Positions 41,995 through 52,710 of a DNA stretch of 64,000 bases are shown piece after piece. Each line of letters starts with the position of its first letter. Positions within the stretch are counted from its first letter, which is position 1. The notes under the pieces were generated by a model that saw nothing but the letters and a program-made list of their open reading frames with translations, had not been told where the DNA came from and ran no database searches. Where the stretch lies: NCBI GenBank assembly GCA_047150005.1, contig AP038806.1, positions 3,360,001-3,424,000 of the forward strand, given 5' to 3'. This DNA comes from Nitrospira sp. GTDB lineage: Bacteria > Nitrospirota > Nitrospiria > Nitrospirales > Nitrospiraceae. The translations under genes and the position numbers were made by a program.

Positions 41995-42978
41995 ATGCTT
42001 CGAACGACGATGATCATGCTGACCCTGTTCGTTGCGGCCGGATCGGCCGCGGCCGAGACGGACCGACTGGCGTCCTGGAATGAGGGCCCGGTGAAGAAGG
42101 CGCTGGTCGACTTTGTCGCCCGCGTCACCACGGACGGCAGCCCGGAATTCGTGGCGCCGGCCCAGCGCATTGCCGTGTTCGACAACGACGGCACCCTCTG
42201 GGCCGAGCAGCCCATCTATTTCCAAGTCCAGTTTGCCTTGGACCGTGTAAAGGCGCTTGCGCCCACGCATCCGGAGTGGAAGGACAAACAGCCTTTTCAG
42301 GCATTGCTGGAAGGAGACAAGAAGGCCTTCGCCGCCGGAGGAGAGAAGGCGATTTTGGACGTCATGGCCGTGTCGCATGCGGGGATGACGACAGACGAAT
42401 TCGAAGCGACCGTCAAGGAATGGCTGGCGTCGGCCAAACACCCGCGGTTCCAGCGGCCTTACCACGAAGTGGTCTACCAGCCGATGATCGACCTGCTCGG
42501 CTACCTTCGAGCGAACGGATTCAAGACCTTCATCGTATCCGGCGGTGGTGTGGAATTCATGCGGGCCTGGGTCGAGAAGGTCTACGGGATTCCTCCTGAA
42601 CAGGTCGTCGGAAGCGTGGGGAAGGAGAAGTTTGAGCTTCGGAACGGCAAGCCGGTGTTGTTGAAGTTGCCGGCCGTGGACTTCGTCGACGACAAGGAGG
42701 GTAAGCCTGTCGGCATTCAGAAGTTCATCGGACGCCGCCCGATTCTGGCGTTCGGCAATTCGGACGGGGATCACCAGATGCTGCAGTGGACCGCAGCCGG
42801 TTCCGGCGCGCGATTCATGGGCCTGGTCCACCACACGGATGCCGAGCGTGAATGGGCCTACGACCGTGGCACTCATATCGGCAAACTGGACAAAGCGCTC
42901 GACGAGGCGACGGCGAAGGGCTGGTCGGTCGTCGATATGGCGCGCGACTGGAAGCAGGTGTTTCCGTTCGACAAATGA
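41995..42978 (+). CDS. Secreted HAD-family phosphatase
   Basis: Signal peptide, FDNDGTLW, IVSGGG and FGNSDGD. Confidence 0.9.
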   Translation: MLRTTMIMLTLFVAAGSAAAETDRLASWNEGPVKKALVDFVARVTTDGSPEFVAPAQRIAVFDNDGTLWAEQPIYFQVQFALDRVKALAPTHPEWKDKQPFQALLEGDKKAFAAGGEKAILDVMAVSHAGMTTDEFEATVKEWLASAKHPRFQRPYHEVVYQPMIDLLGYLRANGFKTFIVSGGGVEFMRAWVEKVYGIPPEQVVGSVGKEKFELRNGKPVLLKLPAVDFVDDKEGKPVGIQKFIGRRPILAFGNSDGDHQMLQWTAAGSGARFMGLVHHTDAEREWAYDRGTHIGKLDKALDEATAKGWSVVDMARDWKQVFPFDK

Positions 42979-43000
42979 GCTGAAGATGGGTGGGCAGGAG

Positions 43001-43435
43001 CTAGCCGACCAAGGGATTCCGAACCGTGAGCCCGGCGAAACGGCTAAAATCCCGATCCGCTGTCCACAACTCCATCACTCCATGTTGCAGACAGAGGGCG
43101 GCGACTCGCGCGTCATGAACTTGCGGACCGGATACCTTGGCGGCCCGGAGGACGGTTCCGAGTTGTGTCCAGTAATTTTCAGACTCCGACAGGAGGACAA
43201 GACTCGGCGATTCCATCCACGCCTCCACCTGATTGATCGCCGTCTCCAATGGCGTTGGGGGAGCATAGATGCGCGAATGGGTCACGATCGCGAGAAATTC
43301 GTGAATGCAGGGCCAGGGTATGGCCCATGGCGCTCGTCCCTCAGCCAATCGAAGAAGGTGATCGTATGCAGGTTCATGCCAGGAGGAATCTTCGCGATGA
43401 GCGTAAACCAAGAGGTTGCTGTCGATGGCGATCAT
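43001..43435 (-). CDS. vapC: VapC-family PIN-domain toxin
   Basis: IAIDSNLLVYA, IHEFL, VHDARVAAL and TADRDF (acidic PIN residues). Confidence 0.9.
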   Translation of the reverse strand: MIAIDSNLLVYAHREDSSWHEPAYDHLLRLAEGRAPWAIPWPCIHEFLAIVTHSRIYAPPTPLETAINQVEAWMESPSLVLLSESENYWTQLGTVLRAAKVSGPQVHDARVAALCLQHGVMELWTADRDFSRFAGLTVRNPLVG

Positions 43436-43677
43436 CCGCCGCGACCTTCGTAGCTCAGTTCACGAATCTGTTCCCAGGAGGCCCCGGAAAGACGCGGTTG
43501 CAATCCCTGACCTTTGAACGTGGCCTTGCGGAGGCGGAATCCATTACGCCGTTTACGTTCTGACACAATCAATCGAAGTCCTTGTTCCACAAGAGCTTTC
43601 AATGTCGTCCGCTCTCGATGGGCCAACTTGCGGGCCTCTTCAAACAGGCTATCGGATATTTGTATGGTTGTCTTCAT
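43432..43677 (-). CDS. vapB: VapB-type antitoxin (RHH-like)
   Basis: MKTTIQISDSLFEEARK...LKALVEQGLR; overlaps the toxin by 4 nt (ATGA). Confidence 0.85.
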   Translation of the reverse strand: MKTTIQISDSLFEEARKLAHRERTTLKALVEQGLRLIVSERKRRNGFRLRKATFKGQGLQPRLSGASWEQIRELSYEGRGG

Positions 43678-43679
43678 AC

Positions 43680-43709
43680 GGCTGACCATACCATGTGATA
43701 TGGTCAGCC
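43680..43709. promoter_or_regulatory. Inverted repeat, likely vapBC operator
   Basis: GGCTGACCATA-N8-TATGGTCAGCC, immediately upstream of the antitoxin start. Confidence 0.65.
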
Positions 43710-43713
43710 GTCA

Positions 43714-44715
43714 ATGAGACACCTGATGCATTCCGGGCTCATCGCCGTGGTATTGATCGGAATAGCGACATCTCCGGCGATGGCCGAAACCCACTTCGAG
43801 GGGCGAGCCTTGCTCTTTTACACCGACGATGTGGGGATTTTCTCGGCGACACGCCGATTGACCAGGGATGAGGATCCGACCCAGCCCGCGCTCGATTCCA
43901 TCTTGACCAACCAAGGATCGGATGTCGTCTTCGAGCCCGATGCGATCGCTCGGACGTCCGTGGACAACCGATGGGGGACCACGCATTTGAGCATCCGAGG
44001 GCAAGGATTCATCTATGCCGACAACCCACGATTCAATCACGGCACGCTGAAGGTTCAGGCCGTCCAGGCCTTCTCGTCCGATACGCGCCTGCTCCTCCGA
44101 TACTATTATGCGCCGAACCTCTTCCTCGGTGAAAACGAAGATCGCCAGCCCGGCGGCGTGGGGCTCGTGGACGAGGTGGTGACCAGCCAAATCGGCAGCG
44201 CGAGGATCGAGCAGCGTCTCACGAAGGATGTCGAAGTGCGGTTGTTGGCCAGAGTCGGGATTCGCCGCTACAACGATTCGTTCGCGCAGCGGGACACGAA
44301 CTTCTGGACGATCGGCCCGCATGTGGAGTGGCGAGTGTCCGAACGGGTTAAGTTGGGACTCAGTTATCACTATGAGCGAGGTCTCGCCCAGGGGCGGAAT
44401 GAGCCGCAGCTGCGGGATGACGTCTCCTACATCAACAACTACGTCAGCGCCGACGTGGACGTCGAGCTGATCAAGCGGCTCACGCTGTCGGCGGCGTTTC
44501 ACTATGAGCGGAACGACTGGACGAGCGGGATCGTCGGGGACATCCGCAACGGCGCCCATGAAGACGTCATCCAGGGAGAAGTCATGCTCATCCATCAATT
44601 CACCGAGTCGCTCCGGGCCATGGCGGGCTTTCAGCGATCGAATCGCAAACAGAGTTTCGAGCCGGAATCGATCAAGAATACGAACGTGGCGGTCGGTATC
44701 GCCGCGGTCTTCTAG
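43714..44715 (+). CDS. Outer-membrane beta-barrel protein
   Basis: Signal peptide, amphipathic strands, terminal Phe. Confidence 0.75.
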   Translation: MRHLMHSGLIAVVLIGIATSPAMAETHFEGRALLFYTDDVGIFSATRRLTRDEDPTQPALDSILTNQGSDVVFEPDAIARTSVDNRWGTTHLSIRGQGFIYADNPRFNHGTLKVQAVQAFSSDTRLLLRYYYAPNLFLGENEDRQPGGVGLVDEVVTSQIGSARIEQRLTKDVEVRLLARVGIRRYNDSFAQRDTNFWTIGPHVEWRVSERVKLGLSYHYERGLAQGRNEPQLRDDVSYINNYVSADVDVELIKRLTLSAAFHYERNDWTSGIVGDIRNGAHEDVIQGEVMLIHQFTESLRAMAGFQRSNRKQSFEPESIKNTNVAVGIAAVF

Positions 44716-44896
44716 CCCGCATTATTCATGACGGTTCGTGACGAAACCGGCAAGACGCCATGCGAGACGGGCACGTGGAGCCGCAAGGAAGGCATACTTC
44801 GTTTGGGTGCGAGGATCGAGGTTGCGCATATAGCCCCTCAAGCAGTCGGCATGATAGGCTTCAGCCCCTGCGTGTCGGGCTGAGCATGGAGAGCGC

Positions 44897-46003
44897 ATGG
44901 CGCGGAGAACGAAGCAGAGACGAAGACCATTCCTGTGGCCGACCCTGGCGGCGCTCGCCTTTGCGGGGGCGGCAATAGGGGCGGGGTATGTCTGGTTGGA
45001 AGGACGGCCGCCCGCTCCCGTTCCCGACGGCATGGTGTGGATTCCCGGCGGCACCTTCTGGATGGGGAGCGAGGAACCGATGTTTCGAGACGCCCAACCG
45101 GTGCATCAAGTGGAAGTGGATGGGTTCTTCATGGATCGGACGGAGGTCACCAACGAAGCGTTCGAGCGATTTGTGAACGCCACCGGATATGTGACCCTGG
45201 CCGAACGGGTGCCGACCGCGGAAGACTACCCCGGTGCACCCCCGGAGAATCTGGTGGCAGGGTCCGTGGTCTTTACCGCCCCGCCCGGTCCGGTCCCGCT
45301 GGACAATTATTTCCGATGGTGGAGTTATGTGACCGGCGCGAGCTGGCGCCATCCTCAGGGCGAGGACAGCACCATCGCCGACAAGATGGATCATCCGGTC
45401 GTGCATGTGGCCTACGAGGATGCGACGGCGTTTGCCGCCTGGGCCGGGAAGCGTCTGCCGACCGAGGCGGAATGGGAGTATGCCGCGCGAGGCGGTCTGG
45501 TCAAGAAATCCTACGCCTGGGGTGATGAGTTCGAGCCGGAGGGGAAGACGATGGCGAACTCGTTCCAGGGGCACTTCCCGGATCATAACAGCGCGCATGA
45601 CGGCTTCATCACCACGGCACCCGTCGGCTCGTTCCCGCCGAATGGCTTCGGCCTCTACGATATGGCCGGCAACGTCTGGGAATGGACGAGCGATTGGTAC
45701 CGCCACGACTACTTTCACACGCTTGCCGCGGCCGGCGGCGTGCCGCGCAATCCTCAGGGTCCTCGGAACAGCTTCGACCCCAGCGAACCGGGCGTGCAGA
45801 AGAAGGTTCACAAAGGCGGCTCCTACCTCTGCACCGACCAGTACTGTGCGCGGTACAGGCCCGGCGGTCGTGGGAAGGGCGAGCCGGACACCGGTACGTC
45901 GCATCTGGGGTTTCGCCTGGTCAAGGATTCGCAGGTAGGAGGAAGCAAGCAGACGAAGACTGAAAACACGTTCGACTCGACTTCACCAAGGAGGAATACA
46001 TGA
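44897..46003 (+). CDS. Formylglycine-generating enzyme (sulfatase-modifying factor), membrane-anchored
   Basis: RLPTEAEWEYAARGG, GLYDMAGNVWEW and GGSYLCTDQYCARYR, which keeps both active-site Cys. Confidence 0.92.
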   Translation: MARRTKQRRRPFLWPTLAALAFAGAAIGAGYVWLEGRPPAPVPDGMVWIPGGTFWMGSEEPMFRDAQPVHQVEVDGFFMDRTEVTNEAFERFVNATGYVTLAERVPTAEDYPGAPPENLVAGSVVFTAPPGPVPLDNYFRWWSYVTGASWRHPQGEDSTIADKMDHPVVHVAYEDATAFAAWAGKRLPTEAEWEYAARGGLVKKSYAWGDEFEPEGKTMANSFQGHFPDHNSAHDGFITTAPVGSFPPNGFGLYDMAGNVWEWTSDWYRHDYFHTLAAAGGVPRNPQGPRNSFDPSEPGVQKKVHKGGSYLCTDQYCARYRPGGRGKGEPDTGTSHLGFRLVKDSQVGGSKQTKTENTFDSTSPRRNT

Positions 46004-46503
46004 GACGAGTATGCCGCGCCGCGATCATCACCCTGGTAGTCACGACGGCGGTCGCCGGTGAGATGGTCGTGCCTGTGCATGGGCGGGCCGAGGACCAAAA
46101 CATGTCGCCGTCCGATTATGAACTGCTGCGGTCGGACATTCGAACGAAGAAGGCGACCCTCATTGCCGAGCGGATGAATTTCACGGATAAGGAAGCGGCC
46201 GCCTTCTGGCCGGTCTATCGCCAGTACGAGGTCGAACTGGCGGGGATTCTCGACAAGAAGATCGCGCTCTTGAAAGACTATATGAGCCACCATGAGACGA
46301 TGACCGATGAGCAGGCCAAACAATTGGCCGAGAATGTCTTCCGTGTCGACCAGCAAACGCTCGATCTCCGGGTGAAATGCTTCGGCACGCTGGAGAAATC
46401 GCTGTCGGCGAAGACCGTCGTCCGGTGGCTGCAACTGGAACGACGCCTGCAACTGTATGTCGATGCGCAACTCGCCAAAGAGCTTCCCGCGATCAAGGAG
46501 TAG
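46000..46503 (+). CDS. Secreted alpha-helical protein, family B (divergent)
   Basis: KKATLIAERMNFTDKEAAAFWPVYRQY...LQLE. Confidence 0.78.
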   Translation: MRRVCRAAIITLVVTTAVAGEMVVPVHGRAEDQNMSPSDYELLRSDIRTKKATLIAERMNFTDKEAAAFWPVYRQYEVELAGILDKKIALLKDYMSHHETMTDEQAKQLAENVFRVDQQTLDLRVKCFGTLEKSLSAKTVVRWLQLERRLQLYVDAQLAKELPAIKE

Positions 46504-46511
46504 CATCCGCC

Positions 46512-47282
46512 GTGCAGAGAACCGGCGCGCTGCCCTGGAAGTGCCTGTGGTGTCTGTGCCTGGCGTTGATCTCCGGAGGATGGGCCGGTTGCTCGAGCTC
46601 GGTCTTGGGCTGGCACGTGCGGACGAATTCGACGCCGCATCTGCCGTCGTTCGACTACCGGGCGCTCGAACGAGACCCGGTCGCGCTGTTCGGCGCGCTG
46701 GGACTCATCCCGATTCAAGGCAACGAAGTCGGAGTGGAGTCGTTTCTCGATGAAATCCTCAATAGAGTGGCGCCCGCCATTAAAGTCGTCGGTCCGAGAG
46801 ACACGGTCACCCGCATCAACCAGGCGGGCTTGGCGGATGACTATGCGAAGATGCGCGACGCGGCGCTGCAAAGCAATATCCTGGCGCGCGAGCCGCTGCG
46901 GGCGCTGGGCAACGCCGTGGGCGCCCGCTACGTGTTTCAACCGCGGTTGATGTTGTTTGTGCAAGCCTTGACCGATCGATGGGTGTTTCCCGTCTTCGGG
47001 GTGAGGCTCTCTCAGACCCGCGCCACGACCGTGCGGCTCGCGCTGCAGCTCTGGGACACGGAAACCGGAGCGCTTCTCTGGGCTTCGGTCGCCGAAGGGA
47101 CCATGCAGAGCGAAGCGATGACCCAGGATCCGGTCTATTTCAAAGATGTGGCGCGCGTGACGCTGGGCAGCATGGTCGAGGATTTCGTCCGGGGCAGAAC
47201 GGACTCGATGTACACGCCGGTGGATACGCTGCTCAACAGCCTGGTCGAACGGCCGGTTCCCGTAGCGAACGATCCACAGTAG
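46512..47282 (+). CDS. Lipoprotein, family A
   Basis: GTG after AAGGAG, lipobox WAGC, RINQAGL, RLALQLWDTETG and QDPVY. Confidence 0.8.
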   Translation: MQRTGALPWKCLWCLCLALISGGWAGCSSSVLGWHVRTNSTPHLPSFDYRALERDPVALFGALGLIPIQGNEVGVESFLDEILNRVAPAIKVVGPRDTVTRINQAGLADDYAKMRDAALQSNILAREPLRALGNAVGARYVFQPRLMLFVQALTDRWVFPVFGVRLSQTRATTVRLALQLWDTETGALLWASVAEGTMQSEAMTQDPVYFKDVARVTLGSMVEDFVRGRTDSMYTPVDTLLNSLVERPVPVANDPQ

Positions 47283-47341
47283 GATAAGGTGCAATGATCG
47301 ACGCGATACCACTCACCCGTCAGACGGACAAGGAGACATTC

Positions 47342-47767
47342 ATGCAACGCTTCGTTCGGTGGCCGCTCGCGATGCCGCTGCTCCTGTGGCTTTCACTGTC
47401 GTTCGGATGTGAGACGCCGCGTCCCGCTCAACCGACACCGTGGATGCCGGTGCAGATCACCGATGTGTCCGGCGTGGCCGGGAAATGGGAGGGAATACTC
47501 CGTCGGGTGCCGCAGAACAAGCGCAACGACTTGGTGGCCCTCATCATCGAACCGGACGGGCGATTCCGCTTCACCAGCGTCCGGACGATCGGGATCTTGA
47601 GCGGAGAAGGCACCTTCACGCTGAAGGACGGGAAATTGACGTTCCGCTCGGAGCGGGGCACGATCAACGCCGGACTTTTCGAGGCAGACGGAAAACGGAT
47701 GCTCAAGGCCGAAGGGGTGGCGTCGGACGGCATGGAGTACAATTCCGAGCTGATGCCGATGCGGTAG
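47342..47767 (+). CDS. Small beta-rich lipoprotein, family C
   Basis: RBS AAGGAG, lipobox SFGC, WMPVQITDVSGVAGKWEG. Confidence 0.8.
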   Translation: MQRFVRWPLAMPLLLWLSLSFGCETPRPAQPTPWMPVQITDVSGVAGKWEGILRRVPQNKRNDLVALIIEPDGRFRFTSVRTIGILSGEGTFTLKDGKLTFRSERGTINAGLFEADGKRMLKAEGVASDGMEYNSELMPMR

Positions 47768-47797
47768 GCGGCGCCTGTTCATCGCCTGCGCAGGACG

Positions 47798-47817
47798 CCA
47801 CGGCTGTTAAGCCGTGG
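47798..47817. terminator. Hairpin between convergent genes (terminator or REP-like)
   Basis: CCACGGCT-GTTA-AGCCGTGG; no clear U-tract. Confidence 0.35.
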
Positions 47818-47838
47818 GACTCCGCGTTCCGGAGGCGC

Positions 47839-49272
<1,434 letters not shown>

Positions 49273-49335
49273 CGTACAGCCTCGTATAATGTATGGTCGA
49301 ACGTCCTGCTACGTACCGTCCTGCCGTGATCGCCG

Positions 49336-51687
49336 CTATTGCGCCTCGGGCGGGATCTCTGCAGGCTCCGGTTCCGGAGTCATCGAAGGGAACGTGAGAT
49401 AAAAGCGCGTGCCCTGACCGAGCGTACTTTCCACCCAGATGGTGCCGCCGTGCATCGCCACGAGATTCTTGGTGATGAACAGCCCGAGTTGCGCTCCCTG
49501 GGAGGAGGGGACGGACGACGGGACGCGTGAAAATTCCTCGAACACCCGGTGGAGATGTTCCGACTCGATGCCGCAACCGGTGTCGGCGACACAGACCCGA
49601 ACGTCCCCTCCATTTTCGTACGTGATGCTCACGGTCACCGTCCCGTCGCGGGGAGTGAATTTGATCGCGTTTCCGATCAGATTCCAGAAAATCTGCTCCA
49701 TCTTGTCCCGGTCCCCCTGCACCTTCGGCAGGTGCTTGGCGAATGTCAGGCTCAACATGATCGCCTTTTCCGCGGCGACGGTCCGGAGACTCTCGACCAC
49801 CAGATCGGCGATGTGTCGTACGCAGAGCGGCTCCGTGTTCAGCACTTCCCGTTTCAGGTCGAGTCGCGACCAGTTCAGCAACTGATTGATGATGCGAGTC
49901 AACCGGTCGAGATTGTGGCCGATTCGGTTCAAGTAGGTCGTTTGCCGTTCGGTCAGGGGGCCCGCGACGCCGTCGAGCATGTTGTCGGCGAAACTGCGGA
50001 TGGCCGTCATGGGGGTCCGCAATTCGTGCGAGGCGACCGAGAAGAACACCGACCGGCGATGGTCGTGCTCCTGGAGCAATTGGTTGGCGGCGGAGAGTTC
50101 TTTCGTGCGGGCTTCGATCCGGTATTCGAGATGCTGGGTCAGCTGCGCGAGGTGCGCATAGGTTCTCGCGTTGTCGATGGCGGAGGCCACGTGGCCGGCG
50201 ATCGTCAGGAGGATCTCGAGGTCCTCCCTGGAGCAGGGTTGGGAGCCGCGGTCTCCGCCGAGAAAGCCGAGCGTCTGGTTGTGGCTCTGAAGCGGCACGA
50301 GGGCGAAGGAGGTGACACCGACCCGGCTGGCGAGTTCCAGGATCGAGGGATGCATGCGCTCGCGCACCGTCGCGATATCGTGGACGAGCACCGGCTTGGC
50401 GTGCAGCATCAACTCGGCCATCAACGTCCCGTCCTCCTTGATCGGTATCGTGAGGTATCTGGCCGCCTCGGCGACTTCGTCCGTCACGCCGGCGACCTGC
50501 GCGACATAGGCCGTGTCGCGGTCTTCGTGCCGGAGCATCAGGACCATTCTGGAGAACTTGAGGTTCGATATGAGCAGTTGCAGGACGGTATCCAGTAACG
50601 CGTGCAAGTCCAGCGTGCTGGCGATCGCTGCGCTGGTCTGGTGCACGGTGGTCAGCTGGCTGATCTGACGCCGAATCGTGTCCATGTTCGTGGTGATCGC
50701 GAGGTTGCGTTCGTAGAGCGCCCGCGTCATCAAGTTGAACGTCTGCGTCAACTGACCGACCTCGTCGCTGGTCGAGGGGGTAAGCGTCGAGGGGGAGCGA
50801 CCCTCCGTGAGCTGGCGGGCGACGCCGGCCAGACTTCTCAGCGGAGTCGTCACGCGCTGCACCAGGAGTTGGGCCCCCAGAATGCCGGCCCCGATCAATG
50901 CCGCGGTTAGGAGCAGGACGTTCCGGACCAAGCCGGCCACGGTGCTTCGGACTTGGGCGTCGCTCACGCCGATCTGCACCATGCCGAGATAGGCGGGTTT
51001 GGCCTGGCCGTTGTCGTCGGACCGGCTCTCCTCGAATTGGTGCGGCAGAGGCGACAAGGACGGATCGGAGACCGGCCGGCGGAACACCGGCAGGGCAAAG
51101 TCGTAGAGATGCTGCTCGAACGGGGAAAGGATCCAGAACTTATCCGTCTCGGCTGAAGACGGGAGGAGGGTCATGTGCTCCTTGGACAACTGCACCGGTG
51201 TCATGCGGGGAACGGTGATGCGTGTCTTCGCGACCTCCAGCGCCATCTGCTCGTCCGGGTAAAACCGCCGCTCCTGCGAAAAGGTGAGACTACCGGAGGA
51301 TTCTTTCACCAGCTTGTTTTGCTGGGCCAGGATCATGTGATCCGCCCCGCGGATGACGACATAGACGACGTCCTCGACCGCCATGAGGCTTTCGGTGAAT
51401 TGCCGGAGCGTCGCGCGATCTTCCGCGATCAAACCGCCGTAGCGGAATTGTCCGTTGTTGACCATGCTGGTGAGAAGAATCCTGCCGAGTTGCTGGAGGT
51501 CCTCGGTCATCGTCGCCCGCCTGGTTTCGATGAAGTACCAGGTCAGCGTCGAGCACGCGACGATCAAAATCAGGCTGAAGAAGGCGACGAATTTGGTCCG
51601 TAGGCTGACGAATCTAAAGCCGGACGGCCGGACTGAAGCTCCGACGGCCTGGGGCGATTGAGGCGTGCTCATGGCATGGATCCTCAA
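49336..51687 (-). CDS. Sensor histidine kinase (2 TM, HAMP, GAF, HisKA, HATPase)
   Basis: DEVGQL HAMP motif, SHELRTPM H-box, NLIGNAIKF, DTGCGI and GLGLFI. Confidence 0.93.
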   Translation of the reverse strand: MRIHAMSTPQSPQAVGASVRPSGFRFVSLRTKFVAFFSLILIVACSTLTWYFIETRRATMTEDLQQLGRILLTSMVNNGQFRYGGLIAEDRATLRQFTESLMAVEDVVYVVIRGADHMILAQQNKLVKESSGSLTFSQERRFYPDEQMALEVAKTRITVPRMTPVQLSKEHMTLLPSSAETDKFWILSPFEQHLYDFALPVFRRPVSDPSLSPLPHQFEESRSDDNGQAKPAYLGMVQIGVSDAQVRSTVAGLVRNVLLLTAALIGAGILGAQLLVQRVTTPLRSLAGVARQLTEGRSPSTLTPSTSDEVGQLTQTFNLMTRALYERNLAITTNMDTIRRQISQLTTVHQTSAAIASTLDLHALLDTVLQLLISNLKFSRMVLMLRHEDRDTAYVAQVAGVTDEVAEAARYLTIPIKEDGTLMAELMLHAKPVLVHDIATVRERMHPSILELASRVGVTSFALVPLQSHNQTLGFLGGDRGSQPCSREDLEILLTIAGHVASAIDNARTYAHLAQLTQHLEYRIEARTKELSAANQLLQEHDHRRSVFFSVASHELRTPMTAIRSFADNMLDGVAGPLTERQTTYLNRIGHNLDRLTRIINQLLNWSRLDLKREVLNTEPLCVRHIADLVVESLRTVAAEKAIMLSLTFAKHLPKVQGDRDKMEQIFWNLIGNAIKFTPRDGTVTVSITYENGGDVRVCVADTGCGIESEHLHRVFEEFSRVPSSVPSSQGAQLGLFITKNLVAMHGGTIWVESTLGQGTRFYLTFPSMTPEPEPAEIPPEAQ

Positions 51688-52679
51688 TAGGCTTCGTCTA
51701 TAAGGTGACTGACATCCCGGGGAAATTCAATCCCAAGGAATCGGGCGGTCTTCATGTTCACGGTAATCTTGAGCCGTTCGATAGGGATTGGCTTCAGGGG
51801 GAGCCGTTTGTCGCCGTCCAGGATCCGCTTCGCGAGTAGGCCTGTCTCGCGTCCCACCTCTCCGTAGGTCACCGAGAAACTCAGCAGGGCGCCGAGCCTG
51901 GTCAGCTCGGGGGAGAATCCGACCACCGGAATGCCCCGTGCCTGGGCCGATTCAAGGATGAAGCCGATCGACTCATTCGTCAGGACGGTCGAGTCCGGCA
52001 TCAGCCATAGGGTCTCATTGAAGGTCAGCAGCGTGCGCAGTTGTTGCGGCACGTCCTTTTCGCTTTCGACCGGCAGGCTCTTGAGCTCGAAGGAGAGGGC
52101 TGCGGCCTGCTGTTCGGCCTCCCGGATTTTGGCGGTGCTCTTGCGTGGATCGTAGAGCGTGCCGAATTTTCGCTTCCCGGGCAGGAAGGTTCGGATGAGT
52201 TTCAATTGGCGTTCAACGGGGATCTCCAGTAGGGTGCCCGTGAGGTTCGGCGAGGCCAGATTGTGTCGCTGGGGATCCAGTACCATCATATAGATGATCG
52301 GCGTATCGAGGATTTCCATCTTGGCCGCCTGAGCGGCCTTCAGTCCGACGGCCACAACCAGGGAGGCCTCGGATGCACGGATCTTGCGCGCGAGCTTCCG
52401 CCCCAGGTCGAGGTCTCCCTGCAGATCGAATTCCATGTAGACGGCATCGGACGGGGCGGTGGCTTTGAACCCGTCGATAGCCTGGTCGTAGGCGGCGATG
52501 CTGGAGGATTTCAGGATGGCGATGTCTGCCGCCTGCGCTTCGGCGGGCCGAATCGGATTAATCGGCCCGATGAGCCAGATCAGAAAGCCCGCTAGGATCA
52601 GGACAGAGTCGACGGCTCGGATGCCGGGACGGGCGGGAGGCGGAACGACACGTTCGATGTACGCATTCTGCGATCTCAT
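51684..52679 (-). CDS. Periplasmic substrate-binding protein (ABC_sub_bind type)
   Basis: VAVGLKAA, GTLYDP, LWLMPDSTV, GRETGLLAKRIL and VNMKTARFLGI. Confidence 0.85.
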   Translation of the reverse strand: MRSQNAYIERVVPPPARPGIRAVDSVLILAGFLIWLIGPINPIRPAEAQAADIAILKSSSIAAYDQAIDGFKATAPSDAVYMEFDLQGDLDLGRKLARKIRASEASLVVAVGLKAAQAAKMEILDTPIIYMMVLDPQRHNLASPNLTGTLLEIPVERQLKLIRTFLPGKRKFGTLYDPRKSTAKIREAEQQAAALSFELKSLPVESEKDVPQQLRTLLTFNETLWLMPDSTVLTNESIGFILESAQARGIPVVGFSPELTRLGALLSFSVTYGEVGRETGLLAKRILDGDKRLPLKPIPIERLKITVNMKTARFLGIEFPRDVSHLIDEAY

Positions 52680-52710
52680 CGATGGCTGACCCTTTATGCG
52701 ACGGCTGTCG

